Shown piece by piece: positions 37,732 to 48,463 of a DNA stretch of 64,000 bases. Where the stretch lies: IMG/VR virus record IMGVR_UViG_3300045988_111115, positions 1 to 64,000 of that record; one strand, 5' to 3'. The notes beneath the pieces were generated by a model. That model searched no databases, was not told where the DNA came from, and was given only the letters and a program-made list of their open reading frames with translations. The stretch is from a virus. How positions within the stretch are numbered: the stretch's first letter is position 1; every line of letters begins with the position of its first letter. A program made the position numbers and the translations under genes.

Positions 37732-39133
37732 GGAATTTGACAATAGAGAAACCTTTAATGCTTGGATAGCCTTTAGTATAAACGGTCAAGATGTAGGTTT
37801 TGAACGTAAGAAAGCCATAAAGAGCATAGAAATAGATGAAGTTGTAGACGGTTTTGATACTTGTACTATTAACATTGAAGACCCCGATATGCTTTATATT
37901 TCCGACGACTTGTACTTAGAAGACGTGCCAATGGGAATTGACTTAGGTTTTCATAACGGAACACCTTATAAAGTCAATTTCTATGGTTATATCTCTTCTA
38001 TAGACATAGAGTTTGGGGAGGACGGTATACCTAAGATTGAGTTGTACTGTATAGATAAGTCACACTTGATGAATAGAGTTAAAAACTCTCGTTCTTGGGA
38101 GAATAAGACCTCTAAGCAGTTAGTGGAGTACTTTGCTAATGAATATGGCTTTAAGTGCATAGTAGAGGAAGATTACCCTTTTAATGTTAAAGAGACACTA
38201 AGCCAAAGTAACCAAACTGATATTGAATTTTTACAGAACTTGGCGAAAGACGAAGTACAACCCTTTGTATGTAAGCTAATCGGAGACACTCTGTATTACG
38301 TCAAAAAAGGACTTTTGTCTACCCCTGTACGTTCTTTAAGCTACAAGCAATATCCTTATGAGATACGGAGTTTTAAACCTCAAATAAACAAAGAGACAAA
38401 AGAGTTAGAGACTAAGTATGCAAATTTAACCTCTAACAAGACTATAGACATAGGACTTGCAGATAACATAAACACTTCAAGAGATGTGCAGGGTTATCCT
38501 GTTAGTACTTCTGATGTACCTTTTGGAGCAGTTGCCTACAATGAAGACAGAAGAAACCCAAAGTCTAAGGATAAGAACTCAGATAGTCAACAGCAAGCGG
38601 ATAAACAAATGATTGAACTTGAACTTACTACCCTTACAGGTGAAGTACAGTTAAGAGCCTTTCCGAACTTACTACAACTTAAACCCTTTCAGACTGTGAT
38701 TATCAATGGTATAGGAAAGTACCTATCAGGACTATACTTTATAACCAATGTAAAGCGTTCTTTAAACAGTGAGGGTTTTAGTGAAAGCATAAGTGTACTA
38801 AAGAATGGTTTTGGAGATAGCTTGAAGTTAGCAGATAGCCAACTAAAATTACAATCTCCCGAAGATGAGCCACTACAGGTTTCAGCTTCACAACCTATTC
38901 AATTAGGTACTACAGTTCGTGTTTGTGACCTAACTGCAAAATGGGGAGGAGATGAAGACGGAGTTATAGTTCCTGCTTGGGTAAAGACAGAGACTATGAC
39001 TGTACAAGAGATGAACGGTGACTTGTGTTTGTTAATGCCAATAGATAAATGGATACACATAAGTTATCTTGTTTATGAGCCTGACAGTCCTTATAAAGTT
39101 TTAGACGAATGGACTGAAACATCATCAAATTAG
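37724..39133 (+). CDS. Tail/baseplate hub protein (P2 gpD-like, by size and synteny)
   Basis: 469-aa ORF between the X-like and V-like genes. Confidence 0.45.
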   Translation: MAEEFDNRETFNAWIAFSINGQDVGFERKKAIKSIEIDEVVDGFDTCTINIEDPDMLYISDDLYLEDVPMGIDLGFHNGTPYKVNFYGYISSIDIEFGEDGIPKIELYCIDKSHLMNRVKNSRSWENKTSKQLVEYFANEYGFKCIVEEDYPFNVKETLSQSNQTDIEFLQNLAKDEVQPFVCKLIGDTLYYVKKGLLSTPVRSLSYKQYPYEIRSFKPQINKETKELETKYANLTSNKTIDIGLADNINTSRDVQGYPVSTSDVPFGAVAYNEDRRNPKSKDKNSDSQQQADKQMIELELTTLTGEVQLRAFPNLLQLKPFQTVIINGIGKYLSGLYFITNVKRSLNSEGFSESISVLKNGFGDSLKLADSQLKLQSPEDEPLQVSASQPIQLGTTVRVCDLTAKWGGDEDGVIVPAWVKTETMTVQEMNGDLCLLMPIDKWIHISYLVYEPDSPYKVLDEWTETSSN

Positions 39134-39143
39134 GAGGTAAAGA

Positions 39144-39602
39144 ATGAAGAATACAGATTTAATGGGTAAGTTTCGTGCTAAGGTAGTAAATATAAATGAC
39201 CCAAATAGACAAGGCAGAATTAAAGTGTCTTGTCCTCGTGTTTTATTTGAAGCTACAAGTGCTTGGTGCTTACCTTGTATTCCTTGTGCTACTGACGGTG
39301 TAGGAGATTACTTTCTCCCGAAAGTCGGAGATAGTGTATGGATTGAATTTGAAGAGGGGGACATCTCTAAGCCTATTTGGAGTGGAGGTTGGTACTCTGA
39401 AAATCAAATTCCTATTTCAGCACAAGAAAGGGTTGACCTGAAAAGAGTAATAACGTATAATGGAAGTACCATAGAACTATCAGAGGGAGCAGTGAGTATT
39501 AGTAGTACTTCTACTGTCAATCTAAAAGTAGGTAGTAGTACTCTTTCTTTAGATAGTGGTAGACTATCCAAACTTAAACGCTTGATAGATAGAGCTGATT
39601 AG
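39144..39602 (+). CDS. Baseplate spike/assembly protein, gpV-like OB fold
   Basis: GKFRAKVVNINDPNRQGRIKV is a gpV/gp5 N-terminal-like motif. Confidence 0.6.
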   Translation: MKNTDLMGKFRAKVVNINDPNRQGRIKVSCPRVLFEATSAWCLPCIPCATDGVGDYFLPKVGDSVWIEFEEGDISKPIWSGGWYSENQIPISAQERVDLKRVITYNGSTIELSEGAVSISSTSTVNLKVGSSTLSLDSGRLSKLKRLIDRAD

Positions 39603-39604
39603 AG

Positions 39605-40015
39605 GTGATTTATATGCAAGCTACATCTTCTCTAATGGGAATTAGCTTTCCCTTTAGAATATCCAACTCAGGTGGTGTTGCAACGTCTACTGTAAGTACT
39701 GTAGATATTTCGCACATCATAGAGAAAATTAAAATAGTCCTTACTACATATGTAGGAGACAGAACTATGGAACAAGGTTACTGTTCACAAGTAGATACAC
39801 TTGTATTTAAGGACAATGAAACTGCAACGCATACTTTACTTGAATACCACGTTGAAAATGCTTTAAGGCAGTTACAGGACGTTATATCTGTATCTTCTGT
39901 AAGGGCACACGGAGAGGGAGAGTATATGTATGTTGACATCAAATTTAAACTCTTAGAATACGACAGAGTTTATTCTCTAAGTAATGTAAAGGTAGGTGAA
40001 ATAACGAATGAGTAA
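39605..40015 (+). CDS. Baseplate wedge protein, gpW/gp25-like
   Basis: 136 aa between the V-like and J-like genes. Confidence 0.5.
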   Translation: MIYMQATSSLMGISFPFRISNSGGVATSTVSTVDISHIIEKIKIVLTTYVGDRTMEQGYCSQVDTLVFKDNETATHTLLEYHVENALRQLQDVISVSSVRAHGEGEYMYVDIKFKLLEYDRVYSLSNVKVGEITNE

Positions 40016-41708
40016 ACCTGTAATTGATTATACTAATGTAGACTATGACGGATTTAAAAAAATGATGATAGAGGGTCTTAAGGACACAATGCCTGAGTAT
40101 ACAGACACCTCTGAAACCGACCCTGGCATTATTATCATTGAATTACTTGCAAGAGGTCTTGATATTATTAATCATTATCAAAATGTACAAGCTAATGAGT
40201 GTTACTTATCCACCGCCGAAAGAAGAGAAAACGTAAATACTTGGTGTGATATGCTTGGCTATATCCCTAAAGTTCCGACCCCTGCAATACATACAGAGGT
40301 CATTGCTATTTCCGACTTAAACACACAGATTGAAAAGTTTACATCTGTACAAACCAAAGCGGCAGATAGCATAACACAACCTATTTACTTTTCTACTTTG
40401 GACGACCTAATTCAAAAGAACAGTGAGGGTAAGTACACTAACCTTTTAGGATATGAACTTTCTGATGGCAGTATTGTAGATACCCTAAAAGACTTACCAG
40501 AGGACGACACTCGAACAGTTAAGAACTACTTGTTTTTAGTGCCCGTAGTAGAGGGAAGCAGAATAAATGATGAGCAGTTAGGGTTAAGTGACGGTACTGA
40601 AAATCAAGAATTTGTTTTGAATAACTCACCTGCTTACATTGATGAGTATGACGATAACTTAAATAGTATCGGAGGTAACTTACTTGAAGTATCAGTCTCA
40701 AATAGTGATGGTAGTGCCGAATATTGGTTTAGAGTAGACAACTTTATGAACAGTGGTAGTGATGATAAACACTATATAGCAAGAGTACTTGAAAATAACA
40801 GTGTTCAAATTATATTCGGTGATAATAAGTTTGGTAAGATACCACCTGCAAACAGTGTTATAAGAGCGTCTTACATCAATGGTGGAGGTACTAAAGGTAA
40901 TGTAGGTAAGTTTACTATTACTGAAATGACTTCGGCAGTAAGTACTGTATCTTATCTGTACAACCTTGAACAAGGTTCTGAACATAGCTTTTATAAGGGC
41001 AGAAGTACTAAGTATGCCGATAGATTAGGTACTAATACCGAGACTATACAAAGCATACGCAGAAATGCACCAACACACTTTAGAACTTTGTGGGGTTGTA
41101 TCTCTGTAGAGGACTATTCAGCAAAGCTATTAGAGTTATTTACTCAGGTAGAATTTGCAGATAGTATAAAAACACCTTTAACAGATACAGAAGATGATAA
41201 CCCTATTGACGGAGTTGACGTTTACTTTGTGGTAAGAAACACCGAGACACAACTACTTGAAGAGGGTCTTACTGCTTTATCTGCTACTGCACTTCAACAG
41301 GTAAGAAGTATGTATGAAGAGCGACAGCTTGTAGGTACTCACGTAAACCTTAAGAAGACTACTTTCTTACCTCTTAACATCACCGCCGAAATGTATACCT
41401 TTGAGGGAATGGCAGATACAGAGGAAGACAAAGCAATATTCCAACAAACCGTCACAGAGGTTAAAGAATACCTGAACTACTACTTTAACAAAGCAGGTAA
41501 GTTTGATTATACAACCACAGCTTCAATTATTGATATAGAAGCGGACGTAGTAAAGAATATTGATAACGTAAGGTCTTTCCGTATAAGGTCTGTAACACTG
41601 CCAAATGACCTTAAAGCACTACAAACGTGGGAGACTGATGATGTAATCATACCTTGTAAACACGGACAGATTATAAGCCTAAGTGATGTTTCAGTATCGA
41701 GGAGGTAA
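40008..41708 (+). CDS. Baseplate protein J-like
   Basis: 566 aa; synteny V-W-J-I. Confidence 0.55.
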   Translation: MSKPVIDYTNVDYDGFKKMMIEGLKDTMPEYTDTSETDPGIIIIELLARGLDIINHYQNVQANECYLSTAERRENVNTWCDMLGYIPKVPTPAIHTEVIAISDLNTQIEKFTSVQTKAADSITQPIYFSTLDDLIQKNSEGKYTNLLGYELSDGSIVDTLKDLPEDDTRTVKNYLFLVPVVEGSRINDEQLGLSDGTENQEFVLNNSPAYIDEYDDNLNSIGGNLLEVSVSNSDGSAEYWFRVDNFMNSGSDDKHYIARVLENNSVQIIFGDNKFGKIPPANSVIRASYINGGGTKGNVGKFTITEMTSAVSTVSYLYNLEQGSEHSFYKGRSTKYADRLGTNTETIQSIRRNAPTHFRTLWGCISVEDYSAKLLELFTQVEFADSIKTPLTDTEDDNPIDGVDVYFVVRNTETQLLEEGLTALSATALQQVRSMYEERQLVGTHVNLKKTTFLPLNITAEMYTFEGMADTEEDKAIFQQTVTEVKEYLNYYFNKAGKFDYTTTASIIDIEADVVKNIDNVRSFRIRSVTLPNDLKALQTWETDDVIIPCKHGQIISLSDVSVSRR

Positions 41709-41714
41709 TGAGTA

Positions 41715-42443
41715 ATGATAACTGCTAAACAGTTTATAGATTATTTGTATTACAAGTGCTTACCTACTGAATGGACGTCACAAGATATGAATATCTACCC
41801 TGTAGCACCTTTCTATAGGTACTTACAGGCTCTTGTTGGTTATAGCTACAAAGACCCTTACACTGATGAAGAGGGTAATCTTATAACTCAACACATAGGA
41901 GGTTTTGAGCAAGTAATCAATAAGGCAAATGAATTTAATAGCTTGATAGACCCTGATACTTGCCCTTATGAATTTTTTCCTTACCTTTATCAAAGTTTTG
42001 GATTGAACTATGATAAAGTCATAGAGACAAAGACAACAGACGATGGAGAGACAATACCTATCTACTATCACCGAAAGTTCTTAAAGAACATAGGTGAATT
42101 GATGAAACGTAGAGGTACTATGTCAGGACTGAGATACCTTGTAAGAGTACTTACAGGGTTAGACTTTGTTTATACCTATGAACGTAAAGAAAACGGAAGA
42201 TTTCTACATATAAACCTACAGTTAAAGTCCATACAAGATAAAGCACTTAGTGAAGAGTACCTAAAGGTACTTGAACACTTTTTAACTTTGGTACTTCCGC
42301 ACTATATACACTTTGAAATAGGGTCAAGTATCGCTTACAGTGGTATCTTTATTAACAAGCTATTAAGACCAACAACAACTTACACAGTAGAATATAACTT
42401 AAAGTCTGTAGATATGGACGCAGACATAGAAAAGGAGGAATAA
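41715..42443 (+). CDS. Baseplate/tail protein I-like
   Basis: 242 aa after the J-like gene. Confidence 0.5.
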   Translation: MITAKQFIDYLYYKCLPTEWTSQDMNIYPVAPFYRYLQALVGYSYKDPYTDEEGNLITQHIGGFEQVINKANEFNSLIDPDTCPYEFFPYLYQSFGLNYDKVIETKTTDDGETIPIYYHRKFLKNIGELMKRRGTMSGLRYLVRVLTGLDFVYTYERKENGRFLHINLQLKSIQDKALSEEYLKVLEHFLTLVLPHYIHFEIGSSIAYSGIFINKLLRPTTTYTVEYNLKSVDMDADIEKEE

Positions 42444-42445
42444 CT

Positions 42446-45400
42446 TTGGCTACTTGGGAGAACAGATACATAACATTACAAGGACAAGAAATAATCAATA
42501 AAGTTGCTACAGGTAAAGGTAAGATTAAGATTACTCGTGTAACAACAAGTAGTGAGTGGTTTCCGTCAGGTACTGACCTTATCACTGTCACCAAACTTAA
42601 ACACGAAATGCAAGACTTTGGTGGTATCGGAGGTGTTAGTTGGAAGAAAGCACCTGTCAACGAAGACAACCCTAACAATACCGCTTATGTTATTGAAGCA
42701 CAACTTGACAACACAGTCCCACTTAAAGAGACCAACAGCAAAGGTAATGTTTTAGACAATACGGAGGGTTATAGTCTAAGACAAATCGGTGTGTTCTGTA
42801 AGTACATCAATGACGAAAATGTAGAGGGTGATGAAGTACTTATGTTATTTGTTGAGCCTTTGCATACAGACGCTAATACTGACTATGTACCACCGGATAG
42901 CTACCCAATACTTATGACCTATTCTTTGCAGTTTAACCTGTTCCAAGAGTTAGGTGATGGTGACGTATTTGTCCAAATGGAAAACTCAGGTGTAGTTACA
43001 AAGACCGAAAGAGACAAAGACCTTGCTAACCTAAAGACGAATAACAAGAATAGCTATTCCGAAGCTATTAATGAAGTTCACAAGGAAAGAGACGACTTAG
43101 AAGAAAAGACTAATGGTCTTATAGGAACTATAAACAAAGCGTTTAAGTGGAGAGGTAACTGTACAAGCACAGATGATTTAAACACATTTATAACATCTGA
43201 ACACATAGGTTTTTGGGGTGTACCAAGTAAAAATACTGCCCCTCAAAACTTGCCTGATATTACAGAGGGTACAAACCTTAACTTAACACTTCTAATTTGG
43301 GGCAATTCTGATGATGAAAGTAGCAACATTGTACAAGAGGTGTACTCTACAAATACAAGTGCTGTATATCGTAGGTATTATAAACGTACCTCAAGTACAT
43401 TTACGTCTTGGAATAGACATAAAGGATTGTTACTCGACCAATTTGCTTTATGGGCTGATAAGGCTACTGCTCTTTCAGAAGACCATATTCCGACTTTTAC
43501 ACCTGACGGTGAATTAAGAAGTACAGATATAGAGTTCTCCTCTTTAACTTCAAGATTTAGAGGAGTATGGAACAGCAACAGAAAACTCGAAGAAGCTACC
43601 ATAGCAGACTTAGGTACTTGGATAATAAGTGATGAAAGTGGTCCTACTGATATGCCTTTGAGTAAACATAACACAGAAGATTGCATACTTATCATACGAG
43701 GTGACACCACAAGTAAAAATGGTATGATACAAGAGGTGTTTAACACTTATGATGAGCATAGGTGTTATAGAACTTATGATAGAAACAACGGTTGGAGTTT
43801 TTGGAGATATGCTATTACTTCTTATGTAACAGACGAAGAAACAAGTGGTATACTAAAAGGCTATACCCTTACTCATACGGGAGATACTGCGGACGTAGAA
43901 TGGCAAGCCCCACCTTTTGCAGTATGTACTACTGAGGGTAATGTTGCAGAAAAAACAGTCTCTGTTCCAGGCTTTAAATTAGTTGACGGAGCAAGAATAG
44001 TAGTCCGATTTAGGTATAAACACCTAATAAATTCAAGAGCCTACTTAAATGTATCAAATACGGGAAGTAAATCTATATTTCTTTCAAGCACTTGGAGTAC
44101 TGCTTACGCTGTAGACAGTACAAATACTTGGGACGAGGGAGAAATGGTAGAGTTAGTATTTTATGATGGCTTTTGGTATGCAGTTGCTTCAAGTTTAAGC
44201 TTTACCCTAAATAATACACTACCTAAAATTACCCCTACAACTACCCTTGCTACTATATCTCAGGGAGAAGGACATCACACTATGTTAGGTAAAATACAAA
44301 AGGCTATAAGTAGCCTTATATCCCACCTAAGAGACACAACTAATCCCCATAGTGTTACAAAAGAACAAGTGGGATTGAGGTATGTACCAAATGTAGCAAC
44401 AAACGACCAACAACCAACATTTACAGAGGAAAGCACACGAACCAATATAGTAAGCGGAGAAAAGCTGAGTGTATTGTTCGGAAAGATTAAAAAGTGGTTT
44501 TCTGATTTAAAGACGGTAGCATTTACAGGTTCATATACTGACTTATCAAACAAACCAACGTCAATGCAAAATCCTTATTCTTTAACACTAACAATGAATA
44601 GTTCAGGAGCAACTTATAATGGTGGGTCTTCTGCAAGTTTTGCGTGGTATGCACCAACGAGTGGGGGAACAGCAGGGTATAATTTGATTAGTAATGGTAG
44701 TGGTGCTCCTGTATGGCAACAACCACCTTATGCGGTATGTAGCACATCATCAGGAACAGGTGCAAAAACTGTTTCTATAACAAATTTTAAATTAGTTACA
44801 GGCACAAGAGTTTCTGTGAAATTTTCAAATAAAACAAGTACAACACCTACACTCAACGTAAGCAGTACAGGAGCAAAAGAAATAAAATTAGTACAAACGA
44901 ATGGTACATATGTAAGTGTTAATAGCTATAATTCGTGGTCGGCAGGAGAAATTGTAGAGCTTATTTATGACGGTACTTACTGGGTGGCAGTTTCATCAAA
45001 TATGCGTTTTGTTTCAGGTGCTCAATCTGCAACAGTAATTGTAGGTACAACTTATTCTTCGGGATATTGTGATTATAGATGTGACGGTTCTAATGATGTA
45101 TCGATAATAAACACTGCTATACAGGACGCATATAGTCGTTTGTACAAAAATGACAGCGATTATACAGGTGTAGCGTATCCTAATCTTGGTGTAAAGGTAT
45201 TTTTTAAAGCCGGAGTATATAAGGTGAATGGTAATATATACACAGGTAATACCGCTTGGGTTTCAAATAATAATTATATAACGTTGGAAGGTGAAAGTGA
45301 AAATGCAGTAACTTTTGTAAAGACAACAGATAATAGTCATAGCCTTATAGATGCGACTGATATAAGTTTTGTATTTAAAAATATTAACTTTCATTTTGCT

Positions 45401-46192
45401 CAAGTAGCATCAACTGAAATTAAATGTTCAGGAGTTTCTTTTTATGATTGCAACATAACTCTTAGAACGGCAGGTTATTCGGGCGCTAGTTTCACATTTA
45501 TAGTAGCTCACAATTCAGACAATGGTGTCGTAAGAATGAATGGTGGTTCGTTTACTTTCATAACAGTATCCGGTTGGACGCCATGTATAACAGGTATCGA
45601 TTGCTATGGGGTTGATATACACAACTGTAATATACAACTTAAGAACGGGGCAAATTCAAACAATGTACCAAGTGGTGACAGTTTGGAATTGAATTTTATA
45701 TATCAAACACAATCAAATGCTATAAGGGGTACATATCCTAATATAATGAGCCATTGCACTTTTAAATGTTCGGGAAATACATCAATTATTGCGAGTACGG
45801 AAATAAGTATAACCGAAAGTGAAATTACGTTGGCGGACAAGAGTAGTAAAATCTCTCATTACGCCACAAGCAGTTCGCAGACGTTAAGAAATATATTCGC
45901 AAATAACAGAGTTCATTCAACCGGTTCATATGTGTATATGCGATTTGGAGTGATAACATGTAATTCATTCGGCAGGGCAGATACTTACGGTTTTGTTAGC
46001 TCGTCTTACTCTTATTATTTATACAATGAAGTTTGTTGCTCTATTACTGGTAATTTCTTTGTTGGTAGTTGGAGTTTATATTTAGGTTCAAGAAATGCTA
46101 CTGTAACAGGTAATATGTACAAGGGTTCACTGTCAAAGTCAAGTACATCAACAGGTACGGTTACTATGGCTAATAATGTTGCGGCAAATTAG
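42446..46192 (+). CDS. Tail fibre / receptor-binding protein with a conserved fibre motif, two duplicated roughly 100-aa domains and a C-terminal beta-helix-like region
   Basis: TNPHSVTKEQVGL fibre motif; WQAPPFAVCTTEG...ELVFYDGFWYAVAS repeated as WQQPPYAVCSTSSG...ELIYDGTYWVAVSS; Asn/Gly/Ser-rich C-terminal repeats. Confidence 0.7.
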   Translation: MATWENRYITLQGQEIINKVATGKGKIKITRVTTSSEWFPSGTDLITVTKLKHEMQDFGGIGGVSWKKAPVNEDNPNNTAYVIEAQLDNTVPLKETNSKGNVLDNTEGYSLRQIGVFCKYINDENVEGDEVLMLFVEPLHTDANTDYVPPDSYPILMTYSLQFNLFQELGDGDVFVQMENSGVVTKTERDKDLANLKTNNKNSYSEAINEVHKERDDLEEKTNGLIGTINKAFKWRGNCTSTDDLNTFITSEHIGFWGVPSKNTAPQNLPDITEGTNLNLTLLIWGNSDDESSNIVQEVYSTNTSAVYRRYYKRTSSTFTSWNRHKGLLLDQFALWADKATALSEDHIPTFTPDGELRSTDIEFSSLTSRFRGVWNSNRKLEEATIADLGTWIISDESGPTDMPLSKHNTEDCILIIRGDTTSKNGMIQEVFNTYDEHRCYRTYDRNNGWSFWRYAITSYVTDEETSGILKGYTLTHTGDTADVEWQAPPFAVCTTEGNVAEKTVSVPGFKLVDGARIVVRFRYKHLINSRAYLNVSNTGSKSIFLSSTWSTAYAVDSTNTWDEGEMVELVFYDGFWYAVASSLSFTLNNTLPKITPTTTLATISQGEGHHTMLGKIQKAISSLISHLRDTTNPHSVTKEQVGLRYVPNVATNDQQPTFTEESTRTNIVSGEKLSVLFGKIKKWFSDLKTVAFTGSYTDLSNKPTSMQNPYSLTLTMNSSGATYNGGSSASFAWYAPTSGGTAGYNLISNGSGAPVWQQPPYAVCSTSSGTGAKTVSITNFKLVTGTRVSVKFSNKTSTTPTLNVSSTGAKEIKLVQTNGTYVSVNSYNSWSAGEIVELIYDGTYWVAVSSNMRFVSGAQSATVIVGTTYSSGYCDYRCDGSNDVSIINTAIQDAYSRLYKNDSDYTGVAYPNLGVKVFFKAGVYKVNGNIYTGNTAWVSNNNYITLEGESENAVTFVKTTDNSHSLIDATDISFVFKNINFHFAQVASTEIKCSGVSFYDCNITLRTAGYSGASFTFIVAHNSDNGVVRMNGGSFTFITVSGWTPCITGIDCYGVDIHNCNIQLKNGANSNNVPSGDSLELNFIYQTQSNAIRGTYPNIMSHCTFKCSGNTSIIASTEISITESEITLADKSSKISHYATSSSQTLRNIFANNRVHSTGSYVYMRFGVITCNSFGRADTYGFVSSSYSYYLYNEVCCSITGNFFVGSWSLYLGSRNATVTGNMYKGSLSKSSTSTGTVTMANNVAAN

Positions 46193-46204
46193 GGGGTGAT
46201 TTGA

Positions 46205-46597
46205 ATGTTTGATATTAATAATTTCTATGATTTAGACGGTGTATTACATCTAAACAAGTATAAAATTGTAGTGAGATACTACGATAGTGTAGAAAAACAG
46301 ACATATGAAGATGTAACGATGTTTTTGAATGATGAAGGCTTGAAAGATATGAAAGAACAACATATTGCTAAACATCAACTATTAGAGTTAATCTCGGAGG
46401 AAGTTATAGATACATCCGACTATGAGTGGATGGAAGGATTGCCACTTCAAAGCGATAATCCGATTAAAGAGATTGAGGAGATTTATAACTATGGCAGTAA
46501 AGAGGCTTATGAAGCGTCTTTGCCTGAATATGCGGACGAGTTTATGCTTGACGTAGATGTAAGGGTAGCAATGTTAGAAATGGGAATAACAGAATAG
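46205..46597 (+). CDS. Hypothetical acidic protein (possible fibre assembly factor)
   Basis: 130-aa ORF after the fibre gene. Confidence 0.4.
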   Translation: MFDINNFYDLDGVLHLNKYKIVVRYYDSVEKQTYEDVTMFLNDEGLKDMKEQHIAKHQLLELISEEVIDTSDYEWMEGLPLQSDNPIKEIEEIYNYGSKEAYEASLPEYADEFMLDVDVRVAMLEMGITE

Positions 46598-46603
46598 GAG
46601 GTG

Positions 46604-46768
46604 ATGATTGTGAAACACGGGCGCTCTTATGGGTTGTGTAAGAAGATTGTAGCTGTTGGAAAAATGGGCAAAGAACAAATGCTTGAAAAATTTGATGTGC
46701 TTGTCTTGTCTGGTGGATTAACAGAAGATGATTACACAGAGTTGGTTGCAGAAATCAATAAAAATTAG
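46604..46768 (+). CDS. Hypothetical small protein (54 aa)
   Basis: Manual ORF after AGGAGG; below the track cutoff. Confidence 0.3.
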   Translation: MIVKHGRSYGLCKKIVAVGKMGKEQMLEKFDVLVLSGGLTEDDYTELVAEINKN

Positions 46769-46780
46769 GAGGACATTATA

Positions 46781-47065
46781 GTGGAAACAGAAAATGAAAA
46801 AGAGTTATGGGAGAGACTGACTGCGGTAGAACAGTCCACAAAGTCGGCGCACCACCGCTTAGACAGCTTGGACAAACTAACCGAGAGCGTCCACATCATA
46901 GCTACAGAAACTAAAGCAATGCGTGGGGACGTAAATGATATAACCGAACGTGTGGACGAAATCGAAAAACGTCCTACAAAGCGGTACGAAACAGTAGTTA
47001 CCGCCATTATTACTGCAATAGTAGGCGGATTGATAGGTTATTTTATTAAAATGTTGGGTTTTTAG
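46781..47065 (+). CDS. XhlA-like membrane protein (coiled-coil plus C-terminal TM), lysis-associated; GTG start
   Basis: Coiled-coil N-terminus and TVVTAIITAIVGGLIGYFIKMLGF transmembrane segment. Confidence 0.55.
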   Translation: METENEKELWERLTAVEQSTKSAHHRLDSLDKLTESVHIIATETKAMRGDVNDITERVDEIEKRPTKRYETVVTAIITAIVGGLIGYFIKMLGF

Positions 47066-47092
47066 CATTTTAAAATTAGGAGGTATGTAAAA

Positions 47093-47314
47093 ATGAAAGA
47101 TTGGTTTAAAGCGGCAGGAATAAGAGCAATCAAGACGATTGCACAGACAGCGATAGCAACAGTAGGTACTGCTGTTGCTATGGGAGACGTAAATTGGGTA
47201 TTAGTAGGTAGTGCCTCTGCACTTGCAGGAATACTTTCCCTACTAACATCTATTGCAGGTCTTCCTGAACTTGATAGCCCCAAAGAAGAAAACAAAGAAG
47301 AAAACAAAGAATGA
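47093..47314 (+). CDS. Holin
   Basis: 73 aa, two hydrophobic segments, charged C-terminus ([10 protein letters not shown]); precedes the endolysin. Confidence 0.6.
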   Translation: MKDWFKAAGIRAIKTIAQTAIATVGTAVAMGDVNWVLVGSASALAGILSLLTSIAGLPELDSPKEENKEENKE

Positions 47315-47324
47315 GGTGTTTAGT

Positions 47325-48164
47325 ATGACTGCAATAGAAAAAGTAATACGAGTTGCAGAGAATGAGGTGGGTTATTTAGAGAAAGCGAGTAACTCACAGC
47401 TTGACAGCAAAACCGCTAATGCAGGTACAGCTAACTACACTAAGTATTGGAGAGACATCAAGCCTGACTATCAAGGTCAGCCTTGGTGTGCGTGTTTTGT
47501 CACTTGGTGTTTTGTAAATGCCTTTGGTGTTAGCAATGCACTTAAGCTATTAAAGCACTATCCATATGTTTACTGCCCGACTATGGCTTCTCTTTTTACC
47601 CTTAATTCCAACCCAAAAGTTGGAGACATAGTAATCTTTAAGCATAACGGTGAATTTACTCATACGGGTATTGTAACCGTAGTAGATGGAGACTACTTTG
47701 AAACAGTAGAGGGTAATACAAGTGGCGGTAGTACTATTATAGCTAATGGTGGTGGAGTATGTAAAAAGAGCTACTACAACAGTAACTTACCTGGAACTAA
47801 GTTTTGCACTCCTGAATGGAGTATTGTATCTAATGAAAGTGAGGGACTAACAGTGACACAGTATGAAGAGTTAAAAGACCTTATAACAAAACAAGGTACT
47901 ATTATTGCACAGCTTAAAGCTGAAAATGCAGTACTTAAAGAGGAAAACGTCAAGATAATGAATGTATTGGAGAGTACTTTTGTCTTTGACTATGTAGACG
48001 AAAATATGCCTGATTGGGCAAAACCTGCTGTTCTTGCCGCAGTAAAGAGCGGTGCTATTCAAGGTAAAGATGAGAGTGGCAGACTTGGTTTGAGTTATAA
48101 GGACCTAAGACAAATTGTAAGAGAGTACAGACAAGGTATTTATGACAAACCGTCAGTACATTAA
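47325..48164 (+). CDS. Endolysin with N-terminal CHAP domain
   Basis: GQPWCACFVTWCF CHAP Cys motif with downstream His; ATG 47325 after GAGGTG; the track ORF 47253 overlaps the holin. Confidence 0.7.
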   Translation: MTAIEKVIRVAENEVGYLEKASNSQLDSKTANAGTANYTKYWRDIKPDYQGQPWCACFVTWCFVNAFGVSNALKLLKHYPYVYCPTMASLFTLNSNPKVGDIVIFKHNGEFTHTGIVTVVDGDYFETVEGNTSGGSTIIANGGGVCKKSYYNSNLPGTKFCTPEWSIVSNESEGLTVTQYEELKDLITKQGTIIAQLKAENAVLKEENVKIMNVLESTFVFDYVDENMPDWAKPAVLAAVKSGAIQGKDESGRLGLSYKDLRQIVREYRQGIYDKPSVH

Positions 48165-48206
48165 TTATCAAAAATTCTAAAAGTAAAATGTATATCTATA
48201 TCTCAA

Positions 48207-48250
48207 TACCCCTAATAAGTCCAAAAAATGACCTTAGGGGTATTTTATTT
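48207..48250 (+). terminator. Rho-independent terminator (tacccctaa...ttaggggta plus TTTTATTTT)
   Basis: 9-bp stem read directly after the endolysin. Confidence 0.55.
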
Positions 48251-48437
48251 TGCTTCCCTTTAATTTATACCCCTAAAGAGGAATTTGTGTTTTAGAACTG
48301 ATTTTGAGTGTTTAAAGTCAATTTATTAAATTTTGCTGATTTTAATAAATTAGCCAAGAGAAATGACGGTGTTTAGAAGTTTTGAACAGTTTTAGTGAAA
48401 GTGCGGTGACGAACGAAGTGAGGAGTTCGCACTACAA

Positions 48438-48463
48438 GAGTATATACCTTTAGGTATATACGA
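48438..48463. promoter_or_regulatory. 21-bp perfect palindrome GTATATACC-TTT-GGTATATAC (copy 2)
   Basis: Identical 26-mer to 7225-7250; followed by an AT-rich tract. Confidence 0.6.

Noticed and set aside
42552-43746. Small overlapping ORFs (42552..42755, 43311..43517, 43378..43746 minus) within the tail-fibre gene
   Set aside because: They are embedded in or antisense to a long, well-supported CDS.
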